Positions 1 through 9,274 of a stretch of DNA of 64,000 nt are shown one piece after another. The position numbers were made by a program, and so were the translations under genes. The DNA comes from an uncultured Dysgonomonas sp. (GTDB taxonomy: Bacteria; Bacteroidota; Bacteroidia; Bacteroidales; Dysgonomonadaceae). The stretch covers positions 1,170,871-1,234,870 of the forward strand of contig NZ_LT599032.1 in assembly GCF_900079725.1 (NCBI RefSeq), written 5' to 3'. The notes under the pieces were generated by a model. The model did not search any database. It saw only the letters and a list, made by a program, of their open reading frames with translations, and had not been told where the DNA came from. Position 1 is the first letter of the stretch. Every line of letters starts with the position of its first letter.

Positions 1-163
1 TTTTCATACTATCAGGTATATCTCCGGTTATCTTACCTGACAAGGTCGCTATACCATATTTAAACCGGGGTGCCGGTAGCTCGTTATCTGTTTGCGAATA
101 TACAGTTACAGTGTTTATGTACAATAGCAGACATAAACTGAACATTCTGATTGCTGTTTTCAT
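1..163 (-). CDS. 5' fragment of a secreted or lipoprotein-like protein that runs off the left edge
   Basis: ATG at 163-161 (minus) opens MKTAIRMFSLCLLLYINTVTVYSQTDNELP..., a signal-peptide-like N-terminus. The frame stays open to base 2. It is absent from the ORF track because it is truncated. Confidence 0.35.
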   Translation of the reverse strand, partial: MKTAIRMFSLCLLLYINTVTVYSQTDNELPAPRFKYGIATLSGKITGDIPDSMK

Positions 164-195
164 ATGATATAGGCATTTATGGCATTAGTAAAGAA

Positions 196-1014
196 CTATA
201 TATTAAAATCAATAATATGCTCTCCTGCACTAAGTGTACTGTGTATTCTTATCTCTGAATTCTGCTGAACAAGAGAATAGGGTACCACACTTTTTGTCAG
301 CCAGGCATTACCTCCGATTGTAGAATCATGGCCGACAACCGTCTTGCCTCCCAAAATAGTAGCTCCGGCATAGATAACCACATTATCCTCAATGGTCGGA
401 TGCCTTTTCTCATTGGCAAGGCCTTTGGTTACAAACAATGCTCCGAGAGTAACCCCTTGGTAAACTTTCACATTGTTGCCGATAACCGTAGTCTCCCCTA
501 TCACGATCCCTGTTCCGTGATCAATGTAGAAAGCCCGTCCTATCTTCGCTCCCGGATTTATATCTATACCCACCTTCGAATGGGCGTATTCGGAAAATAA
601 CCGGGGAATAATAGGCGTATTCATTTTATAGAATTCATGGGAAATACGATAGACCACCTGTGCAAAAAAACCGGGATAGGTAAGAATAACTTCCTCTATC
701 GATTTAGCCGCCGGGTCATTTTCAAAGTAGACAGTCGCTTCGTCGTATAATTTATCCTGAAGTTCGGGTAACCCTGATATGAATCTGTCAACCATCGCCT
801 CTGCCGTTTTTCGATCCGACAAGGCGGCAATATTTTCTACCAGAATAGAGTAAAAATAATATAGTTTTTTCTCTCTGGACTTCTCCTGATCACAGATCGG
901 AAACAGTACTCGATGGATCAGTGTATTCAGCGCATCTTCCAGTTCAATTCTATTGATTGGCAAGTGCTTTGACTCGGCTCTCAGTTTATTCGCGATTTCG
1001 TATATATTAGTCAT
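196..1014 (-). CDS. cysE: serine O-acetyltransferase
   Basis: 272 aa. Left-handed beta-helix hexapeptide repeats (DHGTGIVIGETTVIGNNVKVYQGVTLG, IEDNVVIYAGATILGG) follow a SATase-type N-terminal helical domain. Confidence 0.85.
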   Translation of the reverse strand: MTNIYEIANKLRAESKHLPINRIELEDALNTLIHRVLFPICDQEKSREKKLYYFYSILVENIAALSDRKTAEAMVDRFISGLPELQDKLYDEATVYFENDPAAKSIEEVILTYPGFFAQVVYRISHEFYKMNTPIIPRLFSEYAHSKVGIDINPGAKIGRAFYIDHGTGIVIGETTVIGNNVKVYQGVTLGALFVTKGLANEKRHPTIEDNVVIYAGATILGGKTVVGHDSTIGGNAWLTKSVVPYSLVQQNSEIRIHSTLSAGEHIIDFNI

Positions 1015-1034
1015 AACTTTAGCTTTGAAAACAA

Positions 1035-1042
1035 CAAATGTA
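1035..1042 (-). promoter_or_regulatory. candidate Bacteroidota sigma-A -7 box (TAcaTTTG on minus strand) for cysE
   Basis: Plus-strand CAAATGTA is an exact TAnnTTTG match on the minus strand, 20 bp upstream of the cysE ATG. Confidence 0.35.
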
Positions 1043-1158
1043 ATAATTAAATACAGAAAATCAGGAATTATGATTCTGCTTAATTTTTGTATGTTTTAAA
1101 TCATGTATTTCTAAGTGAAAAACAAAACAAAATATTACCCAAAATCGTTGTTTATTTC

Positions 1159-1166
1159 TACATTTG
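1159..1166 (+). promoter_or_regulatory. candidate -7 box (TAcaTTTG) for gdhA
   Basis: Exact TAnnTTTG match 31 bp upstream of the ATG at 1198. Confidence 0.4.
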
Positions 1167-1197
1167 TATAGTCAAGAACCGATTTAATAGTTAAATC

Positions 1198-2535
1198 ATG
1201 AAAATAAATAACATTTTATCAGAGCTGGAGGCAAAACATCCCGGCGAGCATGAATTTCTGCAAGCTGTAAAAGAAGTGCTTGTATCAATTGAAGATGTAT
1301 ATAATCAGCATCCCGAGTTTGAAAAAAACCGTATTATCGAACGCCTGGTAGAACCCGACAGGATTTTTACATTCCGCGTAGCGTGGGTAGACGACAAAGG
1401 TGATATTCAGGTAAATCTGGGATACCGTGTACAATTCAACAACGCTATCGGCCCTTACAAAGGAGGCTTACGGTTCCATGCTTCAGTCAATCTATCCTCA
1501 CTCAAATTCTTAGGATTTGAACAAACTTTCAAGAATGCATTGACTACACTGCCTATGGGTGGCGGCAAAGGAGGTTCCGATTTCAGCCCGAGAGGCAAGT
1601 CGAATGCCGAGATTATGCGTTTCTGCCAGGCTTTCATGCTTGAACTTTGGCGCAATATTGGCCCAGACACGGACGTTCCTGCCGGAGACATCGGCGTAGG
1701 CACACGCGAAATCGGTTATTTGTATGGCATGTACAAAAAACTGGCAAGAGAAAACACAGGGACTTTCACAGGCAAGGGACTCGAATACGGAGGCTCGCTG
1801 GTCCGTCCTGAAGCCACAGGTTTCGGTGCGCTGTACTTTGTGAACGAAATGCTGAAAGCCAAAAATATAGATCTGAAAGGAAAAACCGTAGCGGTTTCGG
1901 GATTTGGCAATGTAGCATGGGGTGCAGTCACCAAAGCGACAGAACTCGGAGCTAAAGTAATTACCATTTCGGGACCTGACGGATATATTTATGACCCGGA
2001 TGGCGTTAGCGGTGATAAGATAGAATATATGCTCGAACTTCGCAACAGCGGTGACGACATCGTAGCTCCATATGCTGATAAGTATCCTAATTCTAAATTC
2101 TTTGCAGGCAAAAAGCCATGGGAACAGAAAGTAGACATTGCTTTGCCATGCGCCATACAGAATGAACTGAACCTGAAAGATGCAGAAACACTGATTGCCA
2201 ACGGCGCTACCTGTATAGCCGAGGTATCTAATATGGGATGTACTGCCGAAGCCGTGGATTTCTTCATCGAGAAGAAAACCCTCTTTGCTCCGGGCAAGGC
2301 TGTGAACGCCGGAGGTGTCGCCACATCGGGACTGGAAATGAGCCAGAATGCGATGCATCTGCAATGGACAGAAGAGGAAGTAGACCAGAAACTACATCAG
2401 ATAATGAAAAATATACATGCTCAAAGCCTGAAATACGGAAAAGAGGATGGAGGATATATCAACTACGTGAAAGGTGCTAATGTTGCGGGATTTATGAAAG
2501 TAGCCTGTGCTATGATTGCGCAGGGAGTTGTATAA
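1198..2535 (+). CDS. gdhA: NAD(P)-specific glutamate dehydrogenase
   Basis: 445 aa. Carries the Glu/Leu/Phe/Val dehydrogenase active-site motif LPMGGGKGGSDFSPRGKS and the Rossmann motif GFGNVAWG. Length is typical of hexameric GDH. Confidence 0.95.
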   Translation: MKINNILSELEAKHPGEHEFLQAVKEVLVSIEDVYNQHPEFEKNRIIERLVEPDRIFTFRVAWVDDKGDIQVNLGYRVQFNNAIGPYKGGLRFHASVNLSSLKFLGFEQTFKNALTTLPMGGGKGGSDFSPRGKSNAEIMRFCQAFMLELWRNIGPDTDVPAGDIGVGTREIGYLYGMYKKLARENTGTFTGKGLEYGGSLVRPEATGFGALYFVNEMLKAKNIDLKGKTVAVSGFGNVAWGAVTKATELGAKVITISGPDGYIYDPDGVSGDKIEYMLELRNSGDDIVAPYADKYPNSKFFAGKKPWEQKVDIALPCAIQNELNLKDAETLIANGATCIAEVSNMGCTAEAVDFFIEKKTLFAPGKAVNAGGVATSGLEMSQNAMHLQWTEEEVDQKLHQIMKNIHAQSLKYGKEDGGYINYVKGANVAGFMKVACAMIAQGVV

Positions 2536-2560
2536 CTTAATTTAATCAATCGAGAGAAAA

Positions 2561-2593
2561 GCCCTTTGGATACAGAAATCCAAGGGGCTTTTT
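2561..2593 (+). terminator. rho-independent terminator after gdhA
   Basis: GCCCTTTGGA (2561-2570) pairs with TCCAAGGGGC (2579-2588) with one G-U, followed by TTTTT. Confidence 0.7.
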
Positions 2594-2678
2594 GACTTAT
2601 AAAGAGGCCGGCTGTATACCGGAATATTTACCCTGAATTTTACACCATATATTTTTGCATATCTCAAATAATTGTCAC

Positions 2679-2686
2679 TAACTTTG
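2679..2686 (+). promoter_or_regulatory. candidate -7 box (TAacTTTG) for mtgA
   Basis: Exact TAnnTTTG match 45 bp upstream of the ATG at 2732. A second match (TAttTTTG) lies at 2650-2657. Confidence 0.4.
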
Positions 2687-2731
2687 CATTTCAAAGTAAA
2701 ATATATAATGACTCTTTTTATATAAAGAAAT

Positions 2732-3472
2732 ATGCTGAAAAAGATTTTTAAATGGGTAAAGAGAATCGTAATATTTCTGTTTGTATTCAGCATATTACAA
2801 GTTATCGTTTTCAAATTTGTCCCTGTGTACTACACTCCGCTCATGGTATGGAACAATACGACACAACTCTTTTCGGGAGAGGAGGTTGTTTGCAAACATA
2901 CATGGGTTCCGCTCGATGAAATATCCAAGTACTTGCCATTGGCTGTGGTAGCATCCGAAGACAATTTATTCTTAGATCATTCGGGATTCGACTTCGACCA
3001 GATAGAAAAAGCGATGAACGAAGCCGAAAAGGGCAAGCGCCAACGGGGAGCGAGTACAATCAGCCAGCAAACGGCAAAAAATGTTTTCCTTTGGTCCGGC
3101 CGTTCCTATATCCGTAAAGGACTGGAAGTCTATTACACATTCCTCATAGAAACCATCTGGGGTAAAGAGCGCATTATGGAAGTATACCTCAATTCCATAG
3201 AAATGGGTAAAAACATCTATGGAGCGGAAGCCGTCGCACAAGCCCATTTCAAAAAAACAGCGAAAAAGCTGACTGCCGGCGAATCAGCTTTGATAGCTGC
3301 CACATTACCCAACCCCATACGGTTCAATTCGGCAAAGCCGTCACCTTATATAATAAAGCGTCAGGGAAAGATACTGGACTTGATGGGAAAAGTAAACCCG
3401 GTTGATTTTGATAAGGAACCCGAACCCAAGAAAGATGTAAAAAAAAGTACTAAAAAGAACACTAAAAAATAA
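2732..3472 (+). CDS. mtgA: monofunctional peptidoglycan glycosyltransferase
   Basis: 246 aa. N-terminal TM anchor and GT51 motifs ([27 protein letters not shown]), with no transpeptidase domain. Confidence 0.9.
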   Translation: MLKKIFKWVKRIVIFLFVFSILQVIVFKFVPVYYTPLMVWNNTTQLFSGEEVVCKHTWVPLDEISKYLPLAVVASEDNLFLDHSGFDFDQIEKAMNEAEKGKRQRGASTISQQTAKNVFLWSGRSYIRKGLEVYYTFLIETIWGKERIMEVYLNSIEMGKNIYGAEAVAQAHFKKTAKKLTAGESALIAATLPNPIRFNSAKPSPYIIKRQGKILDLMGKVNPVDFDKEPEPKKDVKKSTKKNTKK

Positions 3473-3479
3473 CATCATT

Positions 3480-4010
3480 ATGGAAACACAAACACTAGAA
3501 AAGCAACTACTATTTAAAATCAGAGCATTGACGATCTTCTATATCTTCGCTCTTTTCTTCTGGGGCGTTACAGCCTTTCCTGTCGAAACCGAAATCCGGA
3601 TTGTTTGCCAGATTATGGGCATATCACTTGATGTTTCGCCCGATAGTTACGAAGGATTCAATTACTGGATAGCCACCGTTGCCAACGGTTTAATAAATAC
3701 TAATCGAGACTACCCTTTCCTTGCTTACGGAACAGACTGGCTGGCATTTTCACATCTGGTGATCGCAGTGGCATTCATCGGCCTATACAGGAAACCTGTA
3801 CGAAATATATGGATAGTATATTTTGGGATGATTGCCTGTTTGGGTGTAATGCCTTTGGCTCTTATATGCGGTGCTGTGCGCGGCATCCCTTTTTGGTGGA
3901 GAATGATAGACAGCTCATTCTGCATATTCGGAATAATCCCGCTCTGTTTCTTACATATTTATATAAAGAAGCTAGAAAAACTAACCGGATACGTACCTTC
4001 TAAATACTGA
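3480..4010 (+). CDS. polytopic membrane protein, function unknown
   Basis: 176 aa with about four hydrophobic helices. It starts 8 bp after mtgA. I recognise no family motif. Confidence 0.6.
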   Translation: METQTLEKQLLFKIRALTIFYIFALFFWGVTAFPVETEIRIVCQIMGISLDVSPDSYEGFNYWIATVANGLINTNRDYPFLAYGTDWLAFSHLVIAVAFIGLYRKPVRNIWIVYFGMIACLGVMPLALICGAVRGIPFWWRMIDSSFCIFGIIPLCFLHIYIKKLEKLTGYVPSKY

Positions 4011-4018
4011 GGTTTCCT

Positions 4019-5146
4019 TCAAATTTTACTGACAGGAATATATATTTCCGTCAGTAATTCACTTTCAGGAACCAGCACAGGGCTATTCAGGAATTTGGAG
4101 AAAGACATATTGTCCCTTAATTCGTATTCACTCTTCGGTATCCAGTACCGGTAAATATCACAATACACTTTATCCATATCCTTATACGTCCCCCGGTAAG
4201 TAAAAACAGCATATAAGCCGCCTTCTATTGTTTGCCGTCCTAACCGCCCATTGGCTTTAAGTGCACTTCCAGCATTTATGCATGTGTATATCCTGCAATT
4301 CTCAGGGCTTGTTATTGTCGAAATATCCCGGCTTAATGATAGATATTCATGGTTGTTATCGGGGATTCCGTTCACACCGACAATACTGATCAGCTTGTCC
4401 CATGCCTTGAGGAATGCGTCTGCCTGCCTATAAGGATTTACCACACGCAGGTATAACACTTCTTTCGACGCCATTTTCCTTATTTCAGGTTCTAAAAAAA
4501 GGTACTCCACAGGGCTATCCATCGACATTGTTAGATCACCGGGTTGTGCACGATAAGCCGAAGGTGTAATTCCATATCTCTTTTTAAATGCTTTTGATAA
4601 TGCCTGAGGACTTTGATAGCCTGTTTGTTCTGCAATATCAGCCAGTGAAAATCGCGTAGTATGTAACTTAAAAGCCGTTTTTTCTAATCGTAAACGCTGT
4701 ACATAATCGCCGGGGCTTTCATTCATTACAGCCCTGAAAATCCGGTGAAAATGAAAACTCGAAAGCCCGGCTATGCTTGCCAGATCAGAAAGATTAATGA
4801 CGGTGGAGAGATTATCATTTATATAGTCTACTGCTCTATTTACCGATTTGTAATATTCCAAGTGTGTAAACTGGTGTGACTGCCATCGCTTTAAACCGGG
4901 CAGTTTGACTGTTGTTTTTAAGTTCACCTCATCCAGAGTAAGAGTGCGTCCATCCAGTTTTTCAGCCTCATCATGATATTGCAAAGAATCCTTGACAAAT
5001 TCATCAAAACTGAAATCGTCAGTATATTTTCCATTCCGGAAGCAAAAACAACAAAAATCTTCATTCAGACTTTTATCTCCATTGGTTCCAAAATGCTCTA
5101 CTGCCGCCATCGGCATGCCACAGCTTTGACATATGTCGTTTTTCAT
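4019..5146 (-). CDS. AraC-family transcriptional regulator with N-terminal zinc ribbon and C-terminal GyrI-like effector domain
   Basis: 375 aa. CxxC...CxxC at the N-terminus (CQSCGMP...CCFCF), an AraC HTH (SSFHFHRIFRAVMNESPGDYVQRLRLEK...SPQALSKAFKKRYGITPSAYR), then a SOUL/GyrI-like tail. Confidence 0.85.
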   Translation of the reverse strand: MKNDICQSCGMPMAAVEHFGTNGDKSLNEDFCCFCFRNGKYTDDFSFDEFVKDSLQYHDEAEKLDGRTLTLDEVNLKTTVKLPGLKRWQSHQFTHLEYYKSVNRAVDYINDNLSTVINLSDLASIAGLSSFHFHRIFRAVMNESPGDYVQRLRLEKTAFKLHTTRFSLADIAEQTGYQSPQALSKAFKKRYGITPSAYRAQPGDLTMSMDSPVEYLFLEPEIRKMASKEVLYLRVVNPYRQADAFLKAWDKLISIVGVNGIPDNNHEYLSLSRDISTITSPENCRIYTCINAGSALKANGRLGRQTIEGGLYAVFTYRGTYKDMDKVYCDIYRYWIPKSEYELRDNMSFSKFLNSPVLVPESELLTEIYIPVSKI

Positions 5147-5230
5147 ATCAGACAGACTTTCTTTATTTCACACTTATAATCAGTAAACCCATACAAAAAA
5201 TTCCAAATAATCGCAGCCTTTGATTTTGAA

Positions 5231-5375
5231 GTCGTCTAGACTTTTTATTTTGATATCTTTTTGTCATGCTGACAATAGGAAGCATCTCGTTTCTCTAGAG
5301 ATTTTTCACTCTGTTCAAAATGACAAAGAGAGTATTTGTTTTATAACGTTACCAGATTCAAAAAGTCTAGACGGC
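5231..5375. repeat. hairpin-bounded ~145-bp miniature element with a conserved GTCAT...ATGAC core
   Basis: CGTCTAGACTTTTT (5233-5246) is the perfect reverse complement of AAAAAGTCTAGACG (5360-5373). The core at 5262-5330 is about 75% identical to 59201-59272. Confidence 0.7.
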
Positions 5376-5629
5376 TTTTTTATAAGCTAATTTATTCAAT
5401 TCTATATTTGGACAATCATTATTCAATCAAAAGTATAAAATATGTCCTTATTATCGTTTGTCCATTCTTGCGAAATATGGGAATAAGCAAGAATATCTCC
5501 CATCTGAAAAGTTAAATAAGGTTAATATTTAAAATATAAAAATCCATATTTTACATATAATCAATACAATAACCATCAACTATTAAATTCACATAGTATT
5601 ATGTATTACATAGTACTAATATTTATTTA

Positions 5630-5637
5630 TATATTTG
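5630..5637 (+). promoter_or_regulatory. candidate -7 box (TAtaTTTG) for the PspC/PadR cluster
   Basis: Exact TAnnTTTG match 53 bp upstream of the ATG at 5691. Confidence 0.4.
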
Positions 5638-5690
5638 CAATACAAACAACAATGTATAGTATAATAAGTGGCATAAAACAATAGTAGGTT

Positions 5691-6272
5691 ATGAAAAAAG
5701 TTATAGAAGTTAGCATAGGAGGGATCAACTTCACAATGGAAGACGATGCCTATTACAGACTAAAGGAATACCTGAGACGTTTCGAGGAAACTATTTCCGA
5801 CAAAAAAGAAGCGCGTGAAGTAATGGAAGACGTGGAAGCGCGTGTCGCCGAAATATTTCAGAAAGAAATGAAGTTTTCGAATCAGGTAGTAGATATGAAG
5901 CTCGTACAGGTCGTTATTGACCACCTGGGCGAAGTGGAACCTAAAACCCAAAATGAGAATCAAACCTCATCACAAAGTAGTTACGATCTGGGAGAAGAGT
6001 ACTCCAAAGGTAACAAAAAATTCTACCGGGACATGGATGACAAAATGCTGGCAGGTGTATGTAGCGGAATCGCAACATACACAGGAGTGGACGTCACCAT
6101 CATAAGACTAATATTCGTTGCACTGGCATTTGCCTATGGCAGTGCCATCCTTGCTTACTTCATCCTGTGGATCGTATCGCCAAGGGCCGAAACCATAGCC
6201 CAGAAGCTTGAATTGAGAGGGTATGCCCCCACAGCAGATAATATCAGAAAATTTACATCACAACGCAAATAA
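5691..6272 (+). CDS. PspC-domain membrane protein (short paralog)
   Basis: 193 aa. PspC motif KFYRDMDDKMLAGVCSGIATYTGVDVTIIRLIFV followed by a TM helix. The N-terminal domain is paralogous to that of 6629..8128. Confidence 0.8.
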   Translation: MKKVIEVSIGGINFTMEDDAYYRLKEYLRRFEETISDKKEAREVMEDVEARVAEIFQKEMKFSNQVVDMKLVQVVIDHLGEVEPKTQNENQTSSQSSYDLGEEYSKGNKKFYRDMDDKMLAGVCSGIATYTGVDVTIIRLIFVALAFAYGSAILAYFILWIVSPRAETIAQKLELRGYAPTADNIRKFTSQRK

Positions 6273-6280
6273 TATACAAT

Positions 6281-6616
6281 ATGGAAACAATAAATGTAGA
6301 CAATATAAAAGCCCAGATGCGCAAAGGAATACTGGAATACTGTATCCTCAGCATACTGTCGAAAGGCGACGCTTATGTATCGGCCATTATCAACGAACTG
6401 AAAGAATCGGAAATGATCGTTGTGGAAGGAACACTTTACCCTCTGCTTACCCGCCAGAAAAATCAGGGATTGCTGAGCTATCGCTGGGAAGAATCGACAC
6501 AGGGACCGCCACGGAAGTATTACACAATCACAGATAAAGGCCGTGCCGTATTAGACGAACTTGATACCGTATGGACAGATCTGGTCAGGGTTATAGACAA
6601 TATCAGAAACAAATAA
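6281..6616 (+). CDS. PadR-family transcriptional regulator
   Basis: 111 aa winged-helix protein with ILEYCILSILSKGDAYVSAIINEL...EGTLYPLLTRQKNQGLL...RKYYTITDKG. Confidence 0.9.
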   Translation: METINVDNIKAQMRKGILEYCILSILSKGDAYVSAIINELKESEMIVVEGTLYPLLTRQKNQGLLSYRWEESTQGPPRKYYTITDKGRAVLDELDTVWTDLVRVIDNIRNK

Positions 6617-6628
6617 AACCTAAATACA

Positions 6629-8128
6629 ATGAAACCAACTGTAAGAGTGAGCATAGGCGGATTGGCATTCAATCTTGAAGAAGATGCTTTCCAGGTTCTC
6701 GATAGCTATCTGAAATCTTTAAGAAGGCATTTCAGCGGAAACCCGGAAGCCGATGAAATTATTGCAGATATAGAATCGCGCCTCAGCGAATTACTGCAAA
6801 TGAGGGTCAATGGAAACGATGGCGTAGTATCGATAACCGATGCTCAGGAAATCACAAAAATAATGGGTAATCCGAAGGATTTCGATGAATCTATATCCGG
6901 GGAAGCGGAAGAAGGTACACCTAAAAACGAATCCTACCATGATACTGAGAACAGAGACGATTCTTATAATTTCTTTAAAAAGAAACTGTACAGAGACGAA
7001 AACAACAAACTCATAGGAGGTGTATGCAGTGGCTTCGGTCATTATTTCAAAATTGACCCAACGGCAGTCCGTATCGTTTTGGCTGCTATAGTATTCCTCT
7101 TTAGTTTCCTTTCGTTCAAAGTGGTAGGAACAATCGTACTGGCATATATTGTATTATGGGTGGTCATGCCGGCAGCAAGGACATTCAATCAAAAATTATC
7201 CATGACCGGAGCCGATCCCTCGATTGAAAATATAGAGGACCGCACACAACCTGCCCCTCGAAAATATAAGGGCAGTGCTATAGGAACCATACTTAATGTA
7301 CTAATAAACATTTTTGTAGGAATCATTGCCGTTGCTGTTTTTCTCACTATGCTGGGTATGATTACTACCTTGGTATGGCTCTATATGGATACAGAATTAT
7401 TTGGCTTGAATAACTATCTGGTTCTGCTGGGATACAACTCCATTAATCTGAAAATAGCTTTTGTACTGGCAACGTTAATTCCGATAGGGGCTTTATTCAG
7501 CTTACTGATTAAAATATTACGTCGCTCATCATTCACATCACAAACACTGGTCAGTTTCATCATCGGACTGGTGATTTGGATAGGCGCAGTAGTATATATC
7601 AGCAATAAGAGCATCAAGTTTGCTCATTCACATAAAGAACGGGCAGAAGCTGTGGAGCATTTACCTGTAAGTACAAAATCCGACACCCTGATTATAAAAC
7701 TTGGGGATGAATATCTGACTGCAAGTCCTCAACCACAAAATCCAATCATGTTTTACAAAGGGGAAAAAATGAAAGACAGGCAGGTTTGCATCCTTCCATA
7801 TATAAAAATCAGACAAGATACTTCTTTGACAGATTACAAAGTGGAAATACTCAAGAAAGATTATGCCGACAACAATATTACAGCAAAAAGGAAGACTGAG
7901 GCATTACACCTGGATTATAATATAACCGACTCACTGATTACTGTCAATCCGAAATGGTATAACAATAAAGATAAGTGGAACCTGGAATCATTTGAGATTA
8001 TTGTTACTGCTCCGAACAACAAAAAAGTGATTATGGAAACACCACTTAAAGAGTCCTATCATATCAATTCTATAAGATTCAACCGCTATGATTGCTTTGG
8101 TTATCATTATGATTTTGATTTTGATTGA
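6629..8128 (+). CDS. PspC-domain membrane protein (long form with extra TM segments and a C-terminal extracytoplasmic domain)
   Basis: 499 aa. PspC motif KLYRDENNKLIGGVCSGFGHYFKIDPTAVRIVLA, several TM helices, then a soluble C-terminal region. Confidence 0.8.
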   Translation: MKPTVRVSIGGLAFNLEEDAFQVLDSYLKSLRRHFSGNPEADEIIADIESRLSELLQMRVNGNDGVVSITDAQEITKIMGNPKDFDESISGEAEEGTPKNESYHDTENRDDSYNFFKKKLYRDENNKLIGGVCSGFGHYFKIDPTAVRIVLAAIVFLFSFLSFKVVGTIVLAYIVLWVVMPAARTFNQKLSMTGADPSIENIEDRTQPAPRKYKGSAIGTILNVLINIFVGIIAVAVFLTMLGMITTLVWLYMDTELFGLNNYLVLLGYNSINLKIAFVLATLIPIGALFSLLIKILRRSSFTSQTLVSFIIGLVIWIGAVVYISNKSIKFAHSHKERAEAVEHLPVSTKSDTLIIKLGDEYLTASPQPQNPIMFYKGEKMKDRQVCILPYIKIRQDTSLTDYKVEILKKDYADNNITAKRKTEALHLDYNITDSLITVNPKWYNNKDKWNLESFEIIVTAPNNKKVIMETPLKESYHINSIRFNRYDCFGYHYDFDFD

Positions 8129-8201
8129 GCTACTCCTCAAGATCCTCCGATGAAACGTTATTTCATTTTGATAATAAATAGGATTTAGTTCCATCTGTTA
8201 A

Positions 8202-8236
8202 ATCGGGCAAAAAAAGGATTTTTTTGTCCGATTTTC
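8202..8236 (+). terminator. rho-independent terminator after the PspC cluster
   Basis: ATCGGGCAAAAAAA (8202-8215) pairs with TTTTTTTGTCCGAT (8219-8232) with one G-U, followed by TTT. Confidence 0.6.
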
Positions 8237-8313
8237 ATTAAAAAAACACAACAAAATTCGAGTTTTCTCGTTTATAATATATAATTTTGTGAAATAACCT
8301 TAATTATTGGGTT

Positions 8314-8790
8314 ATGAAAGGTAAATATCTAGCGTACATTTTAATATCAATATTGACTCTGGGGTTTCTGCTATCGTCGTGCGACAGAGAAGACAATGCC
8401 TATACCAAAAGTATAGAAGGGCATTGGGTATATACAGAAACAAAAGCCGAAGTATATGTCACTGAGCCTTCTCTAAAGAAAACGATAGAAGATTACATCA
8501 ATGACAGAAACAAGACTTATAAGGTGAGTTATGAGTTTAAAAATGATAAAACCTATTATTACTATAAAAATTATACCGAACCTCTAAAAGGTATATATAA
8601 AACAATAGACAAGAACTATTTTAAAATGGATGATCTGCAAGGAGTAAAAACTCTCTCCTACAAAGACTCTATCATTTATATAGTATCTGACATAAAAGAC
8701 GAAGTGGCTCAAGAATTGAAGATAGACAAAAACAAGATACTGAAAGCCAATACCATGGACATCTTTGAACGTGGATTGTTTTCACATTAA
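8314..8790 (+). CDS. small lipoprotein, function unknown
   Basis: 158 aa with a signal peptide and lipobox (LLSSC). Confidence 0.6.
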   Translation: MKGKYLAYILISILTLGFLLSSCDREDNAYTKSIEGHWVYTETKAEVYVTEPSLKKTIEDYINDRNKTYKVSYEFKNDKTYYYYKNYTEPLKGIYKTIDKNYFKMDDLQGVKTLSYKDSIIYIVSDIKDEVAQELKIDKNKILKANTMDIFERGLFSH

Positions 8791-9101
8791 TACCCTGGAA
8801 ATATTTCGGCTGATTGCAAGATTAAAAGAAAAAGGCTGTAAACAGACCTCTGTTCTTTCCGCATGGTAAATACTTATACAATTAAGTAACAATAAGACTT
8901 TTATTAAAAAATCACAAATAATATATCTGACGTAACACATCTGTATTTTTTGCGTTAAATATATAAAGAACATAATACACATATTACTTTTTATTTTAGA
9001 TAAAAATAACACTACTAATCAGGAAGCATTTATCCGTGAGGATAGATGCTTTCACTTTTCAGACATCTCATACAATAACTAAAATCCATATAATCAATTT
9101 T

Positions 9102-9163
9102 TCAAAGAGCGATAAACCATCAGCCAATAGCTAACAGATTTTATAATATAGATAAAGTTTCTG
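9102..9163 (+). repeat. fragment of the mosaic intergenic repeat family (TCAAAGARC...ATAGATAAAGTTT module)
   Basis: Matches the modules at 18076-18120 and 27287-27336, and in inverted orientation at 59018-59078. Confidence 0.6.
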
Positions 9164-9217
9164 AAATAACATTATGGATACGATAATACTATTATCACAT
9201 TATACATTTTTTTTTAA

Positions 9218-9225
9218 TATCTTTG
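9218..9225 (+). promoter_or_regulatory. candidate -7 box (TAtcTTTG)
   Basis: Exact TAnnTTTG match 49 bp upstream of the ATG at 9275. Confidence 0.4.
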
Positions 9226-9274
9226 CTCTGCAATATATCGAGTAAGACAGGCTTATTAATTTCAGGTATGAGAT

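Noticed and set aside
1455-2480. Multiple antisense or out-of-frame ORFs inside gdhA (for example 1510..2364 minus, 284 aa). Similar shadow ORFs occur inside purL, sdhA, dprA, the U32 gene, porK and others.
   Set aside because: They overlap strongly supported genes, lack motifs and have odd composition. They are typical shadow ORFs.
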